This document shows positions 63,950 through 64,000 of a DNA stretch of 64,000 nt, piece by piece (within the stretch, counting starts at the first letter, position 1; every line of letters starts with the position of its first letter). A program made the position numbers and the translations under genes. The stretch comes from Candidatus Avelusimicrobium intestinipullorum (GTDB taxonomy: Bacteria > Elusimicrobiota > Elusimicrobia > Elusimicrobiales > Elusimicrobiaceae): positions 4,691-68,690 of the forward strand of contig CALUXC010000005.1 of the NCBI GenBank assembly GCA_944324635.1. Direction: 5' to 3'. The notes beneath the pieces are model-generated. The model saw only the letters and a list, made by a program, of their open reading frames with translations, was not told the origin of the DNA and made no database searches.

Positions 63950-64000
63950 TTATTGTAAAACTTCCGCAAAAGCCTGCGCTATACTTTCCGCCGTGTGGCG
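63950..64000 (-). CDS. 3' end of a gene running in from beyond the window
   Basis: Open frame RHTAESIAQAFAEVLQ* ending at 63950; only 16 codons visible. Confidence 0.35.
   Translation of the reverse strand, partial: RHTAESIAQAFAEVLQ

Noticed and set aside
1-64000. rRNA, tRNA, CRISPR arrays, prophage, transposase/integrase, defence systems
   Set aside because: None recognisable by eye; intergenic gaps are short and explained by promoters and terminators, but a tRNAscan/Infernal/DefenseFinder run was not possible

Overview
A 64 kb stretch of bacterial chromosome from an anaerobic diderm. It is most likely a gut Elusimicrobiota, inferred from the dispersed PilE-like pilins (GFTLIE-x-LVVVLI-x-G-x-LA-x-VALPQY), outer-membrane genes and fermentative gene set; this was not checked by search. 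Most of the window is GC-rich housekeeping: deoB, nadE, copA, purA/purB, an RND efflux trio, cysK, cls, an [FeFe]-hydrogenase, rplM/rpsI, dusB, nifS/nifU, nadK/recN and glycerate kinase. The left ~4.5 kb is a visibly AT-rich island (18/60 G+C at 1681-1740 versus 41/60 at 29941-30000). It carries a DUF4823-like lipoprotein, a bilobed TbpB-like protein that has Ser where the lipobox Cys would be, and a Slam (type XI secretion) translocon. Ahead of these genes lies a ~250-nt non-coding segment that folds into seven consecutive hairpins with a perfect 9-bp loop-linker pseudoknot; I could not assign it to any RNA family and it is the best novel candidate. Other notable items: a four-gene operon that looks like leu/nifV genes but has tricarboxylate signatures (probable Re-citrate route to 2-oxoglutarate), a pilin followed by a GT-C-like membrane protein, a frameshifted second pilin, three tandem 5'-nucleotidases (one a pseudo-enzyme), a secreted bile-salt-hydrolase-like enzyme, and a possible internal start giving a free CopZ from copA. 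I saw no rRNA, tRNA, CRISPR array, integrase or transposase. All family calls come from motif recognition, not database searches.
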